Part shown: one piece after another, positions 1-13,005 of the stretch
Layout: each line of letters opens with the position of its first letter
Position numbering within the stretch: position 1 is the first letter of the stretch
Origin: Lama guanicoe
Lineage: Eukaryota
Assembly: GCA_013239625.1 (NCBI GenBank)
Contig: MU053645.1
Span: forward strand, 922,274 to 986,273
Direction: 5' to 3'
DNA: 64,000 nucleotides
Made by a program: the position numbers and the translations under genes
Notes under the pieces: model-generated
What the model was told of the DNA's origin: nothing
The model's database searches: none
The model's input: only the letters and a program-made list of their open reading frames with translations

Positions 1-767
1 TGCCAGGAGATTGAACTCTTCAGCCGCTGTAATATGAGGGAAAGCAGAGTATGGACATGGATTCAGGGACAAATATCCTTTAGAGGGCCGCTAGGAAGAC
101 TTCAGTGAGATAATAAATCTGTATCTCCTGGTCTACTGATTGGCACATGGAAGGTGCCTGATGAATACTCCTTCCCCTGCCCATTACTCAACCTGCCATC
201 TCATACTCTGTTGTATTCAGATCACACTTCTGAGTCTGGATTTCCTGGCCCCCTGTAATTACCCGAACCTTTCTCTCCCCACCTCCACCACTGACAAGAA
301 TTCTTCACTCTATTAAGACCAGTCTTCCATCAGCCACACCTACTTTGCTCAGTCCTCTGCCACAAGTCACTACCACACTACACCTCAATTTCCCTGTAGC
401 CTTTTTCAAGTAATATCACCATCTTTCCCACAATTTCTCTCTTTTTCCTTTAAATCCAACTATCAGTTTTGATATTTAAATAATGAGCATCGTCCCATGA
501 AGTTCCTATCCAACCTTCTCCAGTCACTCTCCAGTACTTGTGCATTTCCTTTCCTCTTGTAAATTTTTCCTATTCCTTTTATCTTCTTGGAAATTATCAA
601 GCAATATACATCAGCAAAATTGTACATATTAATATCCACAAAAGAATGACACCATCTTCCAGATTACTGTGCTTCCCCAAAGCACATGCAAACTGGTGAG
701 TTAGGATGGAGTTTCTCCTATCTCTGACACGTCTCTATGGTGAAGATAAAATGTAGTCATTCTGGGT

Positions 768-1272
768 TTTTTTTTTCAGCTTTATTGATATATAATTGAC
801 ACACAACATTTTATCAGTTTAAGGTGTACAATGTGATGATTTTATACACATGCATATACTGTGAAATGCTTACCACAGTAAAGTTAGTTAACACTTCCTT
901 CACTTCATGTATTTACTCTTTTGTTGCTGTTGGTTACGGTGAGAACATTAAAACTCTACTCTCATAGCAACTTTCAAGTATACAACACAGTATTTTTAAC
1001 TGAAGTCACCATGATCTTAGATTCCTGGAACTGATTCATCCTATAATTAAAAGTTTGTACCCAACATCTTCCCATTACCCCCACTCCTTCTAGCCCCTGG
1101 CAATCACAATTCTACTCTCTGTTCCTATGAGTTCAATGTTTTTAGATTCCACATAAAAATGAGATCATATAGTGCCTTTCTCTAATTTATTTCACTTAGC
1201 ATAATGCCCTCCAAGTCATCCATGCTATCACAAATGACAGGATTCCTTCTTTTTATGCCTGAATAATATTCC

Positions 1273-1314
<42 letters not shown>

Positions 1315-1740
1315 CACACATACATACATACATATCACATTTCCTTTGTCCATCATCCACTGATGGACACTTAGGTTGTTTCCATTCCTTTGCTATTATA
1401 AATAATGCAGGAAGGAACACGTGAGTGAAGCTATCTCTTTGCAATAGTGATTTCATTTTCTTTAGATATATACTCAGAAGTGGGATTGCTGGATCATATA
1501 ATAGTTCTATTTTTAAATTTTTTGTGGAACCTCCATACTGTTTTCCATAGTGGCTGTATCAATTTACATTCCCCCAAACAGTGCACAAATATTCCCTTTC
1601 TCTACACCCTTGCTAGCACTTGTTACCTCTTGTCTATTTGATGACAGCCATTCTGCCAGGTGTGAGGTGATAGCTCATGTGGTTCTGGTTCCCTGATGAT
1701 TAGTGATGTTGAACACCTTTTCTTGTATGTACTGGCCATT
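768..1740 (-). mobile_element. LINE-1 3' end (older L1MA/L1MB-like), 5'-truncated
   Basis: T-run, then 'agctttattgatatataattgacac...aaggtgtacaatgtgatgatt', 'ttttagattccacata', 'ggattgctggatcatat', 'ggtgtgaggtgatagctcat' = reverse complement of L1 3'UTR and ORF2 end. Confidence 0.9.
1275..1310. repeat. (TG)18 microsatellite inside the L1
   Basis: Direct read. Confidence 0.97.
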
Positions 1741-2509
1741 GAAAATGTAGGAATTTTGAATAAAATGTCTCATCATTTTAGACATGCATGGACCTTCATT
1801 TTTCTCCCTTTAGATAATATATTATTATCATGCTCAGCTGTAACAGCTCCAAAAGCACAATCATGACCAATTTATGTGAATAAGTATTGAGAGTTCAAAT
1901 TCATGCTATAAAAGTATTATTGTCTGTCACATTAATTAGGTTTCAGGAATCCTTCAACATGTGGGTTCTTGACACCAACCGACCCTTCAGGTGGACTATG
2001 ATGTAAAGTATGTTGTCAGACAGAAAGACAACTCTTCCCAGTAAGTCTTATATATTAAAAAAAAAGGTATTAAGTTTTCTAAAGAAAATGTTCCTGGAAT
2101 TTTTCTTTTAATTTAGTAAATGGCCCAATTGAACGTCTCATTGATGCCACTTCCCAAACATTGGATTAATTTGGCTTTCATGTGTGTGTATGTTGTAGAT
2201 AGTAGTTGTTGGTTTTGGAAACTCCAAAATACCTGGGATTGTCCCACAAGAAAGATAAGCCAGGGCTAGGTTGAATAATTTATTGTTTCTAGTTACTGTT
2301 CCTAGCACTGTTAGGAACTAGCTGGGTGATCTTGGCTAATTAGCTAAAACTTTCTGTGCTCTTATTTCTAAGAATCTCAGTGAGGGTGTGGAGTTTGGCT
2401 CCTTGGCTGTCTGTGCCCCAGGGTGTGTCAAGAACTCACACTGTAGGCTGCTGGGAGTGGACAGGGCAGTGAGCTAACCAGGGGATTGGAATTCAGAAGC
2501 CTAAAGTTT

Positions 2510-2556
2510 GGGGGAGGGTATAGCTCAGTGGTAGAGAAGGGTTCAATCTCCAGTAC
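2510..2556 (+). mobile_element. Internally deleted, tail-less camelid tRNA-derived SINE
   Basis: gggggagggtatagctcagtggtagag (A box) joined almost directly to gggttcaatctccagtac (B box); matches the head of the copy at 28401. Confidence 0.8.
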
Positions 2557-2994
2557 GTGATTCCCTTTCAGAAGACGATTAGGTGTGTCACAGAACATAC
2601 TAGACAATGCTGTGATCACTAAGTATCTTATCACCAAATCATGGTAATATTATAATCATTAATTTGAAAATTCAGATGAAACACAACTACCAATAAACGT
2701 CTAAGTGCTTCAGTAAAGACATACAATGATAGACTCCATAAATCTAAAATACAAAGTGGAGCACTCAAACAAGATACAAAGGTACCTCAAACAGATCTTG
2801 AACAATTTTATAAAGAGTAAATCTGACCAAGCGTAAACAAATTATGTAAAATATGAATACATAAATATTCATACATTTACCATGTCCCAGAGTGTGTGTT
2901 TATGCTTATACTCCCTCACATATTTAAACTGAATGTCCCCAGTTCTCTAGCTTTCTGGATTCTTTTTTTCAAAATAATTAAGTGCTTACTTAAT

Positions 2995-3424
2995 TATTTT
3001 TAATTGAAATAGTCAATTTACAATACGTTAGTTTCTGCTGTACAGCATAGTGATTCAGTTATACATATGGATGTATATATTCTTTTTCATTATAGGCTAT
3101 TACAACTTATTGTTATTGTTATTACAAGGTATTGAATATAGTTCCCTGTGCTATACAGTAGGACCTTGTTGTTTATCTATTTTATATATAGTAGTTAGTA
3201 TCTACAAATCCTGAACTCCCAATTTATCCCTTCCCACTCTCTTACCCCGCTGGTAACCATAAGTTTGTTTTCTATGTCTGTGAGTCTGTTTCTGTTTTGT
3301 AAATACGTTCATTTGTGAAATTTTTTTAGATTCCACATATAAGTGATATCATAGGATATTTTCCTTTCTCTTTCTGGCTTACTTCACTTAGAATGACAAT
3401 CTCTAGGTCCATCCATGTTGCTGC
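2995..3424 (-). mobile_element. LINE-1 3' end, camelid/cetartiodactyl type
   Basis: 'tacagcatagtgattcagttatac', 'ccctgtgctatacagtaggaccttgttg', 'ggtaaccataagtttgttttctatgtctgtgagtctg', ending 'tccatccatgttgctgc'. Confidence 0.9.
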
Positions 3425-3745
3425 TCTTTCTCTTAATATCTATGAAAAATATTCAAGTCCCTATTCTTATATAATTGCAGGAAGTCCAACACACTTCTCA
3501 GTATTCCCTTGTTCTTCCTAATTACTGTTAACACTTTTAATTCTGAATTTTAGCTTTTTACTTCAACTCTTGATCTACTTTGGACATCCTGGCATCATTA
3601 TTACTGGTAACTGTTCTCTCTATACACTGACTTACCCCATGTGTAGATATAACCCACCCTGCATAACTTCTCAAGGTACCACAAACACAGTGCTTTTGCA
3701 TGTAATAGGCTTTTATTAAAATTGGTCTAATGGAGGGGGATTATT

Positions 3746-3809
3746 TTTTAAACATTTTTTATTGATTTATAATCATTTTACAATGTTGTGTCAAATTCCA
3801 GTGTTCATC
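3746..3809 (-). mobile_element. 64-bp extreme 3' tail of a young camelid L1 with a perfect 17-bp TSD
   Basis: Insert 'ttttaaacattttttattgatttataatcattttacaatgttgtgtcaaattccagtgttcatc' flanked by aatggagggggattatt at 3729-3745 and 3810-3826. Confidence 0.88.
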
Positions 3810-4200
3810 AATGGAGGGGGATTATTGCACAGAGCAGGTAACAACTTGTAAAAATTGACTATCAGACATCATTTCTGGCCATAGTGAGCTTTCATTACTG
3901 ACAATCTGCCATGATGCTTGAGCCTATTCTCTCATCAATTTTTTTCCACTGACTCCTGGTACCTACTCTTGTCTCTTTGGCTGCCTGGTAGAAAATTCAA
4001 AATGCCGACCCCTTATTAAGAAGAGCAATTTATCTCCTATTTATTTCAACCCCTACCTTCAGCTCAGAGCCTTTCCTTCATAATTGAAAGGCTCATTAAT
4101 GTGTTTCCCCCAAATAAATCAGCTGTCTTTGTTCTTCGTTCCACCTTGACTACAGAAACAGCTGCAGGTATTTAAACAACACTTTTCTTTCATAAAATAC

Positions 4201-4243
4201 CTTATGCCAAATATGAAGGAATGTTGTCGCTGATAATGAATTC
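4201..4243 (-). other. Candidate 43-nt exon (host gene unknown)
   Basis: Minus strand: tcccttttcaccttttcag|GAATTCATTATCAGCGACAACATTCCTTCATATTTGGCATAAG|gtattt, in non-repeat sequence; splice motifs only. Confidence 0.25.
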
Positions 4244-6504
4244 CTGAAAAGGTGAAAAGGGAGGGACTTACAAGAAATACTGACAGCCATTTATGAATGA
4301 TTTTGCTTTGTAAATAACTTATGAACACCTTTACATAATGTTTTTATTATTTTCTTTTGAAGTAACATAATCTAATAAGTTTCATGCTGTGATCAAGGTG
4401 ACTCTTTTGTGCTTTAAGATATAAAATCAAATTTATAGCCCCTATATCCAAAAAGAGGGAAAGGGGGGTATACTGAAGTACTGCTGAGCTAATAGGAAAA
4501 AAAAGTGGAATGATTTTCAACATTAATTCCATTGGCTTTTAAGACTAATTTGGCATTTAAGGGCAGGCCAGAAATATGCTGAAGTCAAAGACAGAGTCTG
4601 GTCAGCTTACTGCTTAAGGGAATTATAGCAGCCTAGCTACTTTGAGGACAAAGGAAATGATTTCCATTTCAAATCTTTTTTTTTTTTAAGTGCTCCTAAT
4701 GACATGATTGAGCAGTAAATTGGAGTTACAAGTTTTCAAACAAAATCATATTAAAGGATTCACTTAAAAAGTTTGGTGTTCTCAGATAATAAACAGGAAA
4801 AACTTGAAAAATATATTTTGAGACTCCTCTCTTTTCTTCCTCAATCCTACTTAAAGAAGACTAAAGAGTGTGTGAAACTGATAACAGTTCTAAGCAGGAA
4901 CGAAACAAGATATCTTAAAAGAATTGTTGTCTATAATCTCCCTACAATAAATAGTGGAAAACACTGCAAGTTCATTTGCAAATGTCACCACAGAGAAAAA
5001 TGGTTGGGGAAGAAAAAGTCTGACGTGCTATCAGGAGGCACAGAAAACACATTTTAGCTCCCCCCCAAAAGTTATCATCACTGCTACTAAAGAAAAGGAA
5101 AAGTGTGAAAAACAACATAGCAACTCCACTCACAAATCAGAAGTTGGAAAGAAGTTAGAAAGACAACTGATGAGAATCCCCTGCCAAGTTACTAACTGCT
5201 CCATCTCTGTCAACATTAACATGCTGACTTCTCTGACACCACCCAACACACCTCCCAGAAGTTATACGTTACAAAGTAATTGGAGAGTTGTAAAAGCTTG
5301 CAGTTAATGGTAAAGACTCCTCTTTTTCCCTTTTGTTTGTAGAATTACACCTCTTCTGCTCAACCCAAAACACTTGTCCCAAACAACAACTTGTCTCAAG
5401 AAAACCAGTAACGGCTCAATTTTAGAATCTTTGTTATCACCACTCACTCCTTACCTGATTCTGTACCTCTAAGAAGACAATCTCTAAGCCATAATTTGAT
5501 TTTCATATCATTTCTGTTATTTTATCACGTCCTATTCACATACCGAATTTTGTATTATTATTTCTGTTCATGGTGATATACTACTATCTTCTCCTGTGCT
5601 ATTTTAAACATTGTAAAAGCATAAGTTTATATCTTTCTGTACCTGATAGTGTGCAGAACTAAATCCAGATGGTGAACTTCTGAAAAAGAAAGTGTAACAT
5701 ATTTATCATGTAAAGATAAACGTGGAAGATGAAGGCACTATTTCTAATTCCAGATTAAAAGCAGAATTTGACTCTAAGCCTCCCTTACATTGCCCATGGA
5801 CAAGATGCTTCAAGGCAACATTGTATGATGGGTAGAAATCCATTTGCTTGGAAAAAGTGCTAAATGAGAATTCAAATTTAACACAAGGGACTGTTCTCAT
5901 TAAGTGAGCTGTTAGATGCAGGGTGTTCAATAAAACAAGGAAAATATCCTCCTTTTTGGTTGTAAAATACTCTTTCTGTCTACTGAATCTTAATTTTAAA
6001 GAAGTATAATAATTGCAAAATACATGAAGAGGTCCGTTGCACAGAGCTTTAGTTAATCGTGAGCTATGTACAGCTCTTCTAGTATGTTCTCTATCCTCAG
6101 CATGAAGTCAATGTTCTTGAAAATATTTGAGAAAATGAAGATAACTGAAATGGGAACGACGACTTTTAGGCGCTGAGGGTTGCAACTAGTAAACTATTTC
6201 AAATAATGCCAGTCTTTTGAAATAAAGAAGTACTTACAAATATCATTGCCCCTAATAAGATGAAAACACCACATATTGATGCTGCCAAGAGGATTTCTTA
6301 ATCAATGCCTGCTAATTTTTATATTCTTCTTACCATTTTATTGACTATTTGAAGTAATGAAACCTGAAATTGGAGGAAATTTTTCTCGCCTTAAGGAACT
6401 GTGTTAATATTATCTTCCAAACTTATCTGATATTCTTTGGAATACAAATTTAAGAAAAATTAATGGAGTAAAGCCATTTGGGAGATCATTCCTAGAGCTG
6501 TCGG

Positions 6505-6790
6505 TACATTCTTTGTCAAATACTTATTGAGATGCTATTTTGTGTCAGACACTGTTCTAAGTACTCAAGATTCAGCAGTAAATAAGCAAACAAGGTCCCT
6601 GACGTTATCAAAGTAAGATTCTAGCAGAGGAGACAGAGAATAAACAGAATAAGAATTAACTGTATAATATTATTTTGGGTAATGATCATTGCTATAGAGC
6701 AAAATAAAGCAAGTTCAAGTGCTGGAGCGTGAAGGTACAGTTTTAGATAGCATAGTCAGGGAGGACATCCAATAAGAAGACATTACCAGT
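6505..6790 (-). mobile_element. LINE-2 3' fragment
   Basis: 'caaatacttattgagatgctattttgtgtcagacactgttctaag...caaggtccctg...attctagcagaggagacag' = reverse complement of the L2 3' end. Confidence 0.8.
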
Positions 6791-6859
6791 ATAAAGACAT
6801 TTCCACCAGAATAAAGAATGTGAGAGAAGATTCCAACACTTCAGAAACGTGAAACGGCA

Positions 6860-7050
6860 TTCATTTCTATTTCACCCAGAATTTACTAAACATTTATCAT
6901 GTATCAGGCCATACCTAGGGACAAGTGATTAAAAAAACAAACTAAAATCTGAGTTCCTACCTTCTAAGGTTTGCAGTCAAGCGGAGCAGATAGACACAAA
7001 ACTCAAGGACTCTAGTCCTTACATTGTGATTAGTTCTATAAAGGGGGGCA
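6860..7050 (-). mobile_element. LINE-2 3' fragment
   Basis: 'attcatttctatttcacccagaatttactaaacatttatcatgtatcaggcc...cctaccttctaaggtttgcagtcaag'. Confidence 0.6.
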
Positions 7051-9419
7051 GTCTCAGGCTAACGAAATTATTAAATAAGAAAGGTTGTCTCAGGTCACTC
7101 ACACTGAATCTCCTTCTTATGTCCATTTCCCTCTTGTTTAGCGCCCTCTGGTTTTATTTTTATGTATATATACCTTAGTTTGCAGATGGTGTCAAGAGGT
7201 ATGTACCAACATTCAGTGGCCTTAGCATCCACTGATCTTAAATTGTAGAAATCCATCTGAAAGCGTTTCGGATTTGAGGCCTTTTCTGAGCCCTTCTCCA
7301 CAGGGGAAAATCCACTAGCCCACTAACCATCTTCTCTATGGGGTGAGACTGTGTGGTGCCGCCCTCTCAGGGCAGATGTCTGACATTCAAATAGAGACTT
7401 ATAGACCTCAAAGGAGTAAATGAAATGGGAGAGGAATTTTCTGCTTCTGAGGAGGCTGTTCACTGAAACTTTCAGTGTCTGTCACATCCCATTTAATAGT
7501 CAGTCTCTTAGGCCATCTACCTGTCGCTTTTTGCACCTATTAAGATCACAGAGCTGAAAGCCGGGCCATCTCGGCTATCCATAACGACTCTTACTCAGTA
7601 ACCTGGAGTGTGGAGAGGGAGTTCTCTTAAGTTTTCAATTTCTACTCCTTTGTTATCAAGCCCTTCATTAAGAAAGAGAAGGGAACAATGTATCCGGAAG
7701 GCATTAAACACGTATCACTGGGAACTCTTTAGAAAAGATGCACTTAGAACGTAAAATAGTAGTATCTTCAGAAATTAAAGCATACAGTCCAGTTCAGCTT
7801 GATTTTCTCTTTGTATCAAAATAAGTAAAATATTTGAAGTGGTCCTATTTCTTAAATCCCCTCATTCCTGCACGTGCTGGCTGCCGATCTTTACAAGAGT
7901 TTCATTAACCTTGGACTATATATATTTCAAAATATATGATGTGTGTGTACAAAATGGTATCCTGCATCTGAATATGTATTTTACTTAGATTTTTTAAAAG
8001 TTCCTCATGAGAAATAGAACATAAATCTCGTGAAGGATAAGAGGAACATACAGAACGTTCAGAAATGTACACTAGGGAATCCTCCCATTCACTGTTCACT
8101 TCCTGCAATTGTACGACTGATAACAATGCTCACATCTTAACTGTACTAACTAACCGAGGGAAAGGATCATGCATGTTTTCATTGCCATAATGAATCTCCA
8201 GCTTGACTCTTTTCCATATGGTAGGTATATGCACAGACATCAGTTACTACTTAAATAAATTGTTAAAAAGAAAGGAAGGAATCAAGGGAGGAAGGAAGCT
8301 CAGGTTAACTTATCACAGGCAAATGCCCACTTACTGCCTTGGGCAGTCCAGCCCTAGTCATGACCCAAATCATCCGAAGAACAAGACAACCTAACAGAAT
8401 GGGAACAGTCGTCATAAATGAAAACAGATGAACTTGATCTTAAATGTTTGAGCCTCCTGAAAATCTCCCAAGAATCCCCCTGTTCAGTAAATAAGTACCA
8501 GTGGCAGAGATGCCCCCAGCCCTGCCTGGTGTTTTGGAAAGCCCTCCACGGCTGATGAACTGAGCAGCAACCCAGTGACTCAGACACAGGAGAGGTCCTC
8601 AGTTCCCTAGCTAGCTTGTATGTTTTTACAGGCCCCACAGTCACCACAAACTCCCAGTCTCATACCAAAGAGCGGGCTTTCCATCCATTCTCACAGTTGG
8701 CTTCTGATTCTTCTTTTAACGTGATTTACAGGGATAAAAATGTGAAGGTCACTTCCTCAGTGTGGTTTTTGCTGGCCCACTCAGTCCCTTAGATGGTCCC
8801 GGAGCCACAGCACCCTAGAATTAACATCAACAGTCTTGCTGAGGAAATTAGCACTACAGGATTGAAACAACAGCTGTGTTGGAGGCGCTGACCTTGCACT
8901 AGAATTGAATGCAGACCAGGATTTTTGACTTGAATGCATCTCAAGAGAGTTGTGGGATGTACACATAGGTTATCCGGAAATAATTCAAGGCTACCTCCTC
9001 AAGTTAGATCTGACAATCAGATTAAAACTGAAGAGAACAGGACATCAACTTATTTTGCAGTGTGGCTTTATCTTAGAAACCTGCTGACACTGTTTTTTAA
9101 CCATGATAAGTGATGTTAAAAAAAAATGGATATGCTAAGGTAGGGATGGAACATCTTTAAATGAATACCTAGGCACCTTAATTTAGCATAAAGTCCTCAT
9201 TCCCCCATACCCCTAATCTACATTATATAAGAGGTATCACTTCTTTTGTCACTCCTTGGTCCACCTCGTTGAGTCAAAGCTCAAGTCCACCAGCAGTGTA
9301 GGTTTTCCCCAGACAATAGCCAATGCTGGGGAATCTCTGCCCTCTGATAATCAAACAGTGAGCAGGAAGATTCTCAGGAGTAATGGTATGAGCCAATACC
9401 ATTCAAAAGACTATGTGCT

Positions 9420-10110
9420 TTGGTGCAGCCAGTATGGAAAATAGTATGGAGATTCCTTAAAAACTAAAAATAGACTTACCTTATGATCTAGCAATCTGAT
9501 TCCTGGGCATATATCTGGAGGAAACTCTAATTCAAAAAGATATATGCACCCCAATGTTCATAGCAGCACTGTTTACAATAGCCAAGACATGGAAACAATC
9601 TAAATGTCCACCAACAGATGACTGGATAAAGAAGCTGTGGTACATTTCTACAATGGAATACTACTCAGCCATAAAAAGAATAAAATAATGCCATTTGCAG
9701 CAACATGGATGGACCTGGAGATCATCATTCTAAGTGAAGTAAGCCAGAAAGAGAAAGAAAATTACACTATGATATCACTCATATGTGGAATCTTAAAAAA
9801 AATGACACAAATGAACTTATGTATGAAACAGAAACAGACTCACAGACATAGAAAACTTATGGTTACTGGGGGGGGAAGGGAGAGGTGGAGGGATAAATTG
9901 GGAGTTTGGGGTTTGCAGGTACTAAGTACTATATATAAAATAGATAAACTACAAGGTGCTACCATAAAGCATAGGGAATTATATTCAATATCTTGTAATA
10001 ACCTATAATGAAAAGAATAAAAGGAATATATGCATATGTATAACAATCACTATGCAGTACACCAGAAATTAACCCAACATTGTAAACTGTCTATATTTCA
10101 ATAAAAATCA
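9420..10110 (+). mobile_element. LINE-1 3' end (ORF2 C-terminus plus 3'UTR), camelid type
   Basis: 'tggtgcagccagtatggaaaatagtatggagattcc', 'atgccatttgcagcaacatggatggacctggag' (MPFAATWMDLEIIILSEVSQKEK), ending 'ttcaataaaaa'; degenerate TSD aaaagactatgtgc / aaaatcctatgtac. Confidence 0.93.
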
Positions 10111-10139
10111 AAATCCTATGTACCACTGTGCTAAATAAT

Positions 10140-10620
10140 AATAATAATAATAGTAGCAAACATTTATTGAGTGCTTACTACACGCCAGTTACTGCACCGT
10201 TTTACATCCATCACTTCCTTGCAGTGACAGAGCCCTGTGTAGTGAGCACTAATATTATTAATCCTTCCTTTACAGAGCCGCGATCAATCTGCCTCTCTTA
10301 GGTAAAGACAGCAGACTGTAACTCAGGATAATTTCCTGGATCATCCTGCCCAGAATTACGTCCGTCACAGGGATAACACCACCACCACCAATAAAAAACA
10401 AAACAACAAAAACAGCAGCAGCAGCACTTGGCTAAATGCTTGACTGCATTATTTCCTTTAATCCTCACAGTAATACTCTGAGCTGAGAAACAGTATTTCT
10501 ATTCTCTACACAAGAAAACTAAGGTTCAATGAAATTAAGAAACTGCCCGGGGTCCCATATTAAGTAGGGAAGGCACAACTTTAACACACAGGTTTCTCGG
10601 TCTCCAAAATCTGGGCCCTT
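10140..10620 (-). mobile_element. Two MIR SINE fragments (~10140-10280 and ~10430-10620)
   Basis: 'aatagtagcaaacatttattgagtgcttacta'; 'ttaatcctcacag...gaaaactaaggttcaatgaaattaagaaactgccc'. Confidence 0.75.
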
Positions 10621-11854
10621 TCCCAAGCTTTCCAGAGTCCCCTGTACTCCTTATAGCCTGCTACATTCAGGAGGTAAACCCCATATTCATTATGTGAATT
10701 TCATAAATGAGTTAAAGCTATTTTAAATTCAACGTCTGTTATAATCATAACCAGAAATGGCTTTCTTTAACAATTAACAGCTGAGGCCTACAATTATTTT
10801 TGAGGGAGTCCCTGAACATCGGAATAAGGTCAGAAGAAAATTGTCACCAGTTCTTATTTCTAGCTCAAGTTTTTAAAAATCAGAACTTTTACTATTATTG
10901 TGCAGCTCTTTTGGGGGAATTCCCAAGAGTATTTTTAGCAGGCAATAAGACATTTCTTTGTTATTCTTTAACTATTTATTATGTTTCAAGAAGAGAACAT
11001 CTATTACCTACTGATTTTGAGGGTTGGATATTTCTCTCATAACAGATGGTCTTTTGTTCACATCTCGATTCCCTTGACTTTCTAATTGCTAATATATGTG
11101 TTACTACTAATTATACCTTAGCAATAACCTCACTGCAGTAAGAAGGCACTTATGGCTGTTTTTATAGAGCTGGTGTCTCAACTTTTATAGCTTTCCCTAT
11201 GAACTAGCTTCCAGACGTGAACAGGACTTCACACAATGGCTGAAGATACAGTTCTCTTCATGTTGCCTTGAACGAAGGGAAAGCGTCTAGAGGGACAGTA
11301 AGAGAAGAAAAAAGAAAAGAGTTCTACAAGAAAGCCAAAGAGGCAGCTGTAAAGTCGTATAAACTCAGGCTACCCAATTCCATAGTTGAATATTGTCATG
11401 GCATGCCTGCCCAGGGACCAACCAGCCTTGGCTTATACATGACTAAAACCAGAGAACTATAAATAAACTACTTGGCCTAGTGCCTGGGTAGATTATAAAT
11501 TAGCCCTCAAGAAATGGTAACAATTATGATTAAGATGACTGGCTATTTCTCTGATGGCCTCAGCAACACCTGGCATTTTTAGCGACCTCACTCTGAGAAG
11601 CTCCAATCTCCTTGTAGGTTACTCCCTCTGTTTAAACTCAATGATCCCATAGGGAATGTGGGAGACCAATCTCTTGATGATGTTTGCTGGAAATAGGTAA
11701 AACAGGAGCCTTGAGTAACGTACTGGGAATAAAAAGTGAGTCAGTGAAGAAACTCAAAATAGCACTCAATATTTTTGACTCCTAGTCCTGTTCTTTTGTA
11801 TTTTTCCATAGATGGAGGCTTGAAACATCTGAACAGACTAAGAACTTTCACGCG

Positions 11855-12060
11855 CATGCATTATTTTACTTAAATCTCTGCATAATACTATTAGATATTA
11901 TTTTTGCTGTTAACCTTGGTTTTTAAATGACAACACTGAGGCGCAGAGAGGTTACGTAACTTTTCCAAGATCACACATCTAGGAAATGCCAGAGCAGAGA
12001 TTCTCATTCAAGTTTCTCTGACTCCAGTGCCCCTGATTTTAAACACAGCACCACCTCTAC
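11855..12060 (-). mobile_element. MIR SINE
   Basis: MIR core 'aaatgacaacactgaggcgcagagaggttacgtaacttttccaagatcacacatctagg'. Confidence 0.85.
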
Positions 12061-12109
12061 CACGTGATACATGTGATTATGAAATAAGCATCAGATGGCT
12101 TAGCAGCAT

Positions 12110-12420
12110 GAAACTGCAGTCTAGAGAAGAACATAGATACTGAAACCACTAATTACAATACTTTAAGGATATTGCTCAAAGACATATGCAATTGCAGTGG
12201 AAGTACAGGAGAAGGCAACAGAAGGAAGGCTTCACAGAGGAGACGTTTTGAACTCAGGTAGGAGGAGGACATTCTCAGCAGAGGGAATGGTACATACAAA
12301 GGCACAGGAGCACAAAAGAATGTGTATTCATTTATGGCCAGAGTGCAACTAGCAAGAGGGTGTGGATTAGGAAGAGAAGAGGCTGGACAGGTCACATCAT
12401 GAAATGCTTTATTCTGCTAG
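12110..12420 (-). mobile_element. LINE-2 fragment
   Basis: 'ggaaggcttcacagaggag...gacattctcagcagagggaatggtacatacaaaggcacaggag'. Confidence 0.7.
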
Positions 12421-12747
12421 AGTAGCGGGTACATTTAAAAGTCTTCTGAAAGACTAATTTTCTGTGAAGGGTCCATGTCTTATATCAAAGCTGTAGGTAT
12501 TTTAACCCTCCCAGTCAACTTAAAATGCCATTTAAGAAATGACACCTTGATACGAAACACCTTAACCCAAATGGTGAGTTAAATGGTGAGAATTTCTGGC
12601 ACATCATGGGGATGGGGTTCTACTTTTGGCCAAGAGGCTTCTCTTAGTAACCCTTTGTGTCCTAGTCAGTAGCTTGCCTAAAAGCAGATAAAGGTCAGCT
12701 TTCTTTCCTGCATTTCCAAGAAATCATTTTAAAAAACTATTTCTTAT

Positions 12748-13005
12748 GTTTTTATTGAAATACAGTCAGTTTACAATGTTGTGTCAATTTCTGGCGTGCA
12801 CAATAACGTTTCAGTCATATATATACATACATATATTTGTATTCATATTCTTTTTCATCATAGGTTACTACAAGATATTGAATTTAGTTCCCTGTGCTAT
12901 ACAGGAGAAACTTGTTTATCTATTTTATATATAGTAGTGTGTATCTGCAAATCTTGAACACCCAGTTTACCCCTTCCCATCCCTTCCACCCAGTAATCAT
13001 AAGTT
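12748..13005 (-). mobile_element. LINE-1 3' end, camelid type
   Basis: 'ttttattgaaatacagtcagtttacaatgttgtgtcaatttctggcgtgc...gttccctgtgctatacag'. Confidence 0.9.

Noticed and set aside
1947..2040. Plus-strand segment with tttcag| and |gtaagt boundaries
   Set aside because: All three frames contain stops and the pyrimidine tract is weak; it could only be non-coding, and nothing supports that.
9637..10008. 123-aa ORF containing MPFAATWMDLEIIILSEVSQKEK
   Set aside because: It is the decayed L1 ORF2 C-terminus/3'UTR, not a host gene. The same applies to ORFs at 1253-1641, 15728-15949 and 58623-58865.
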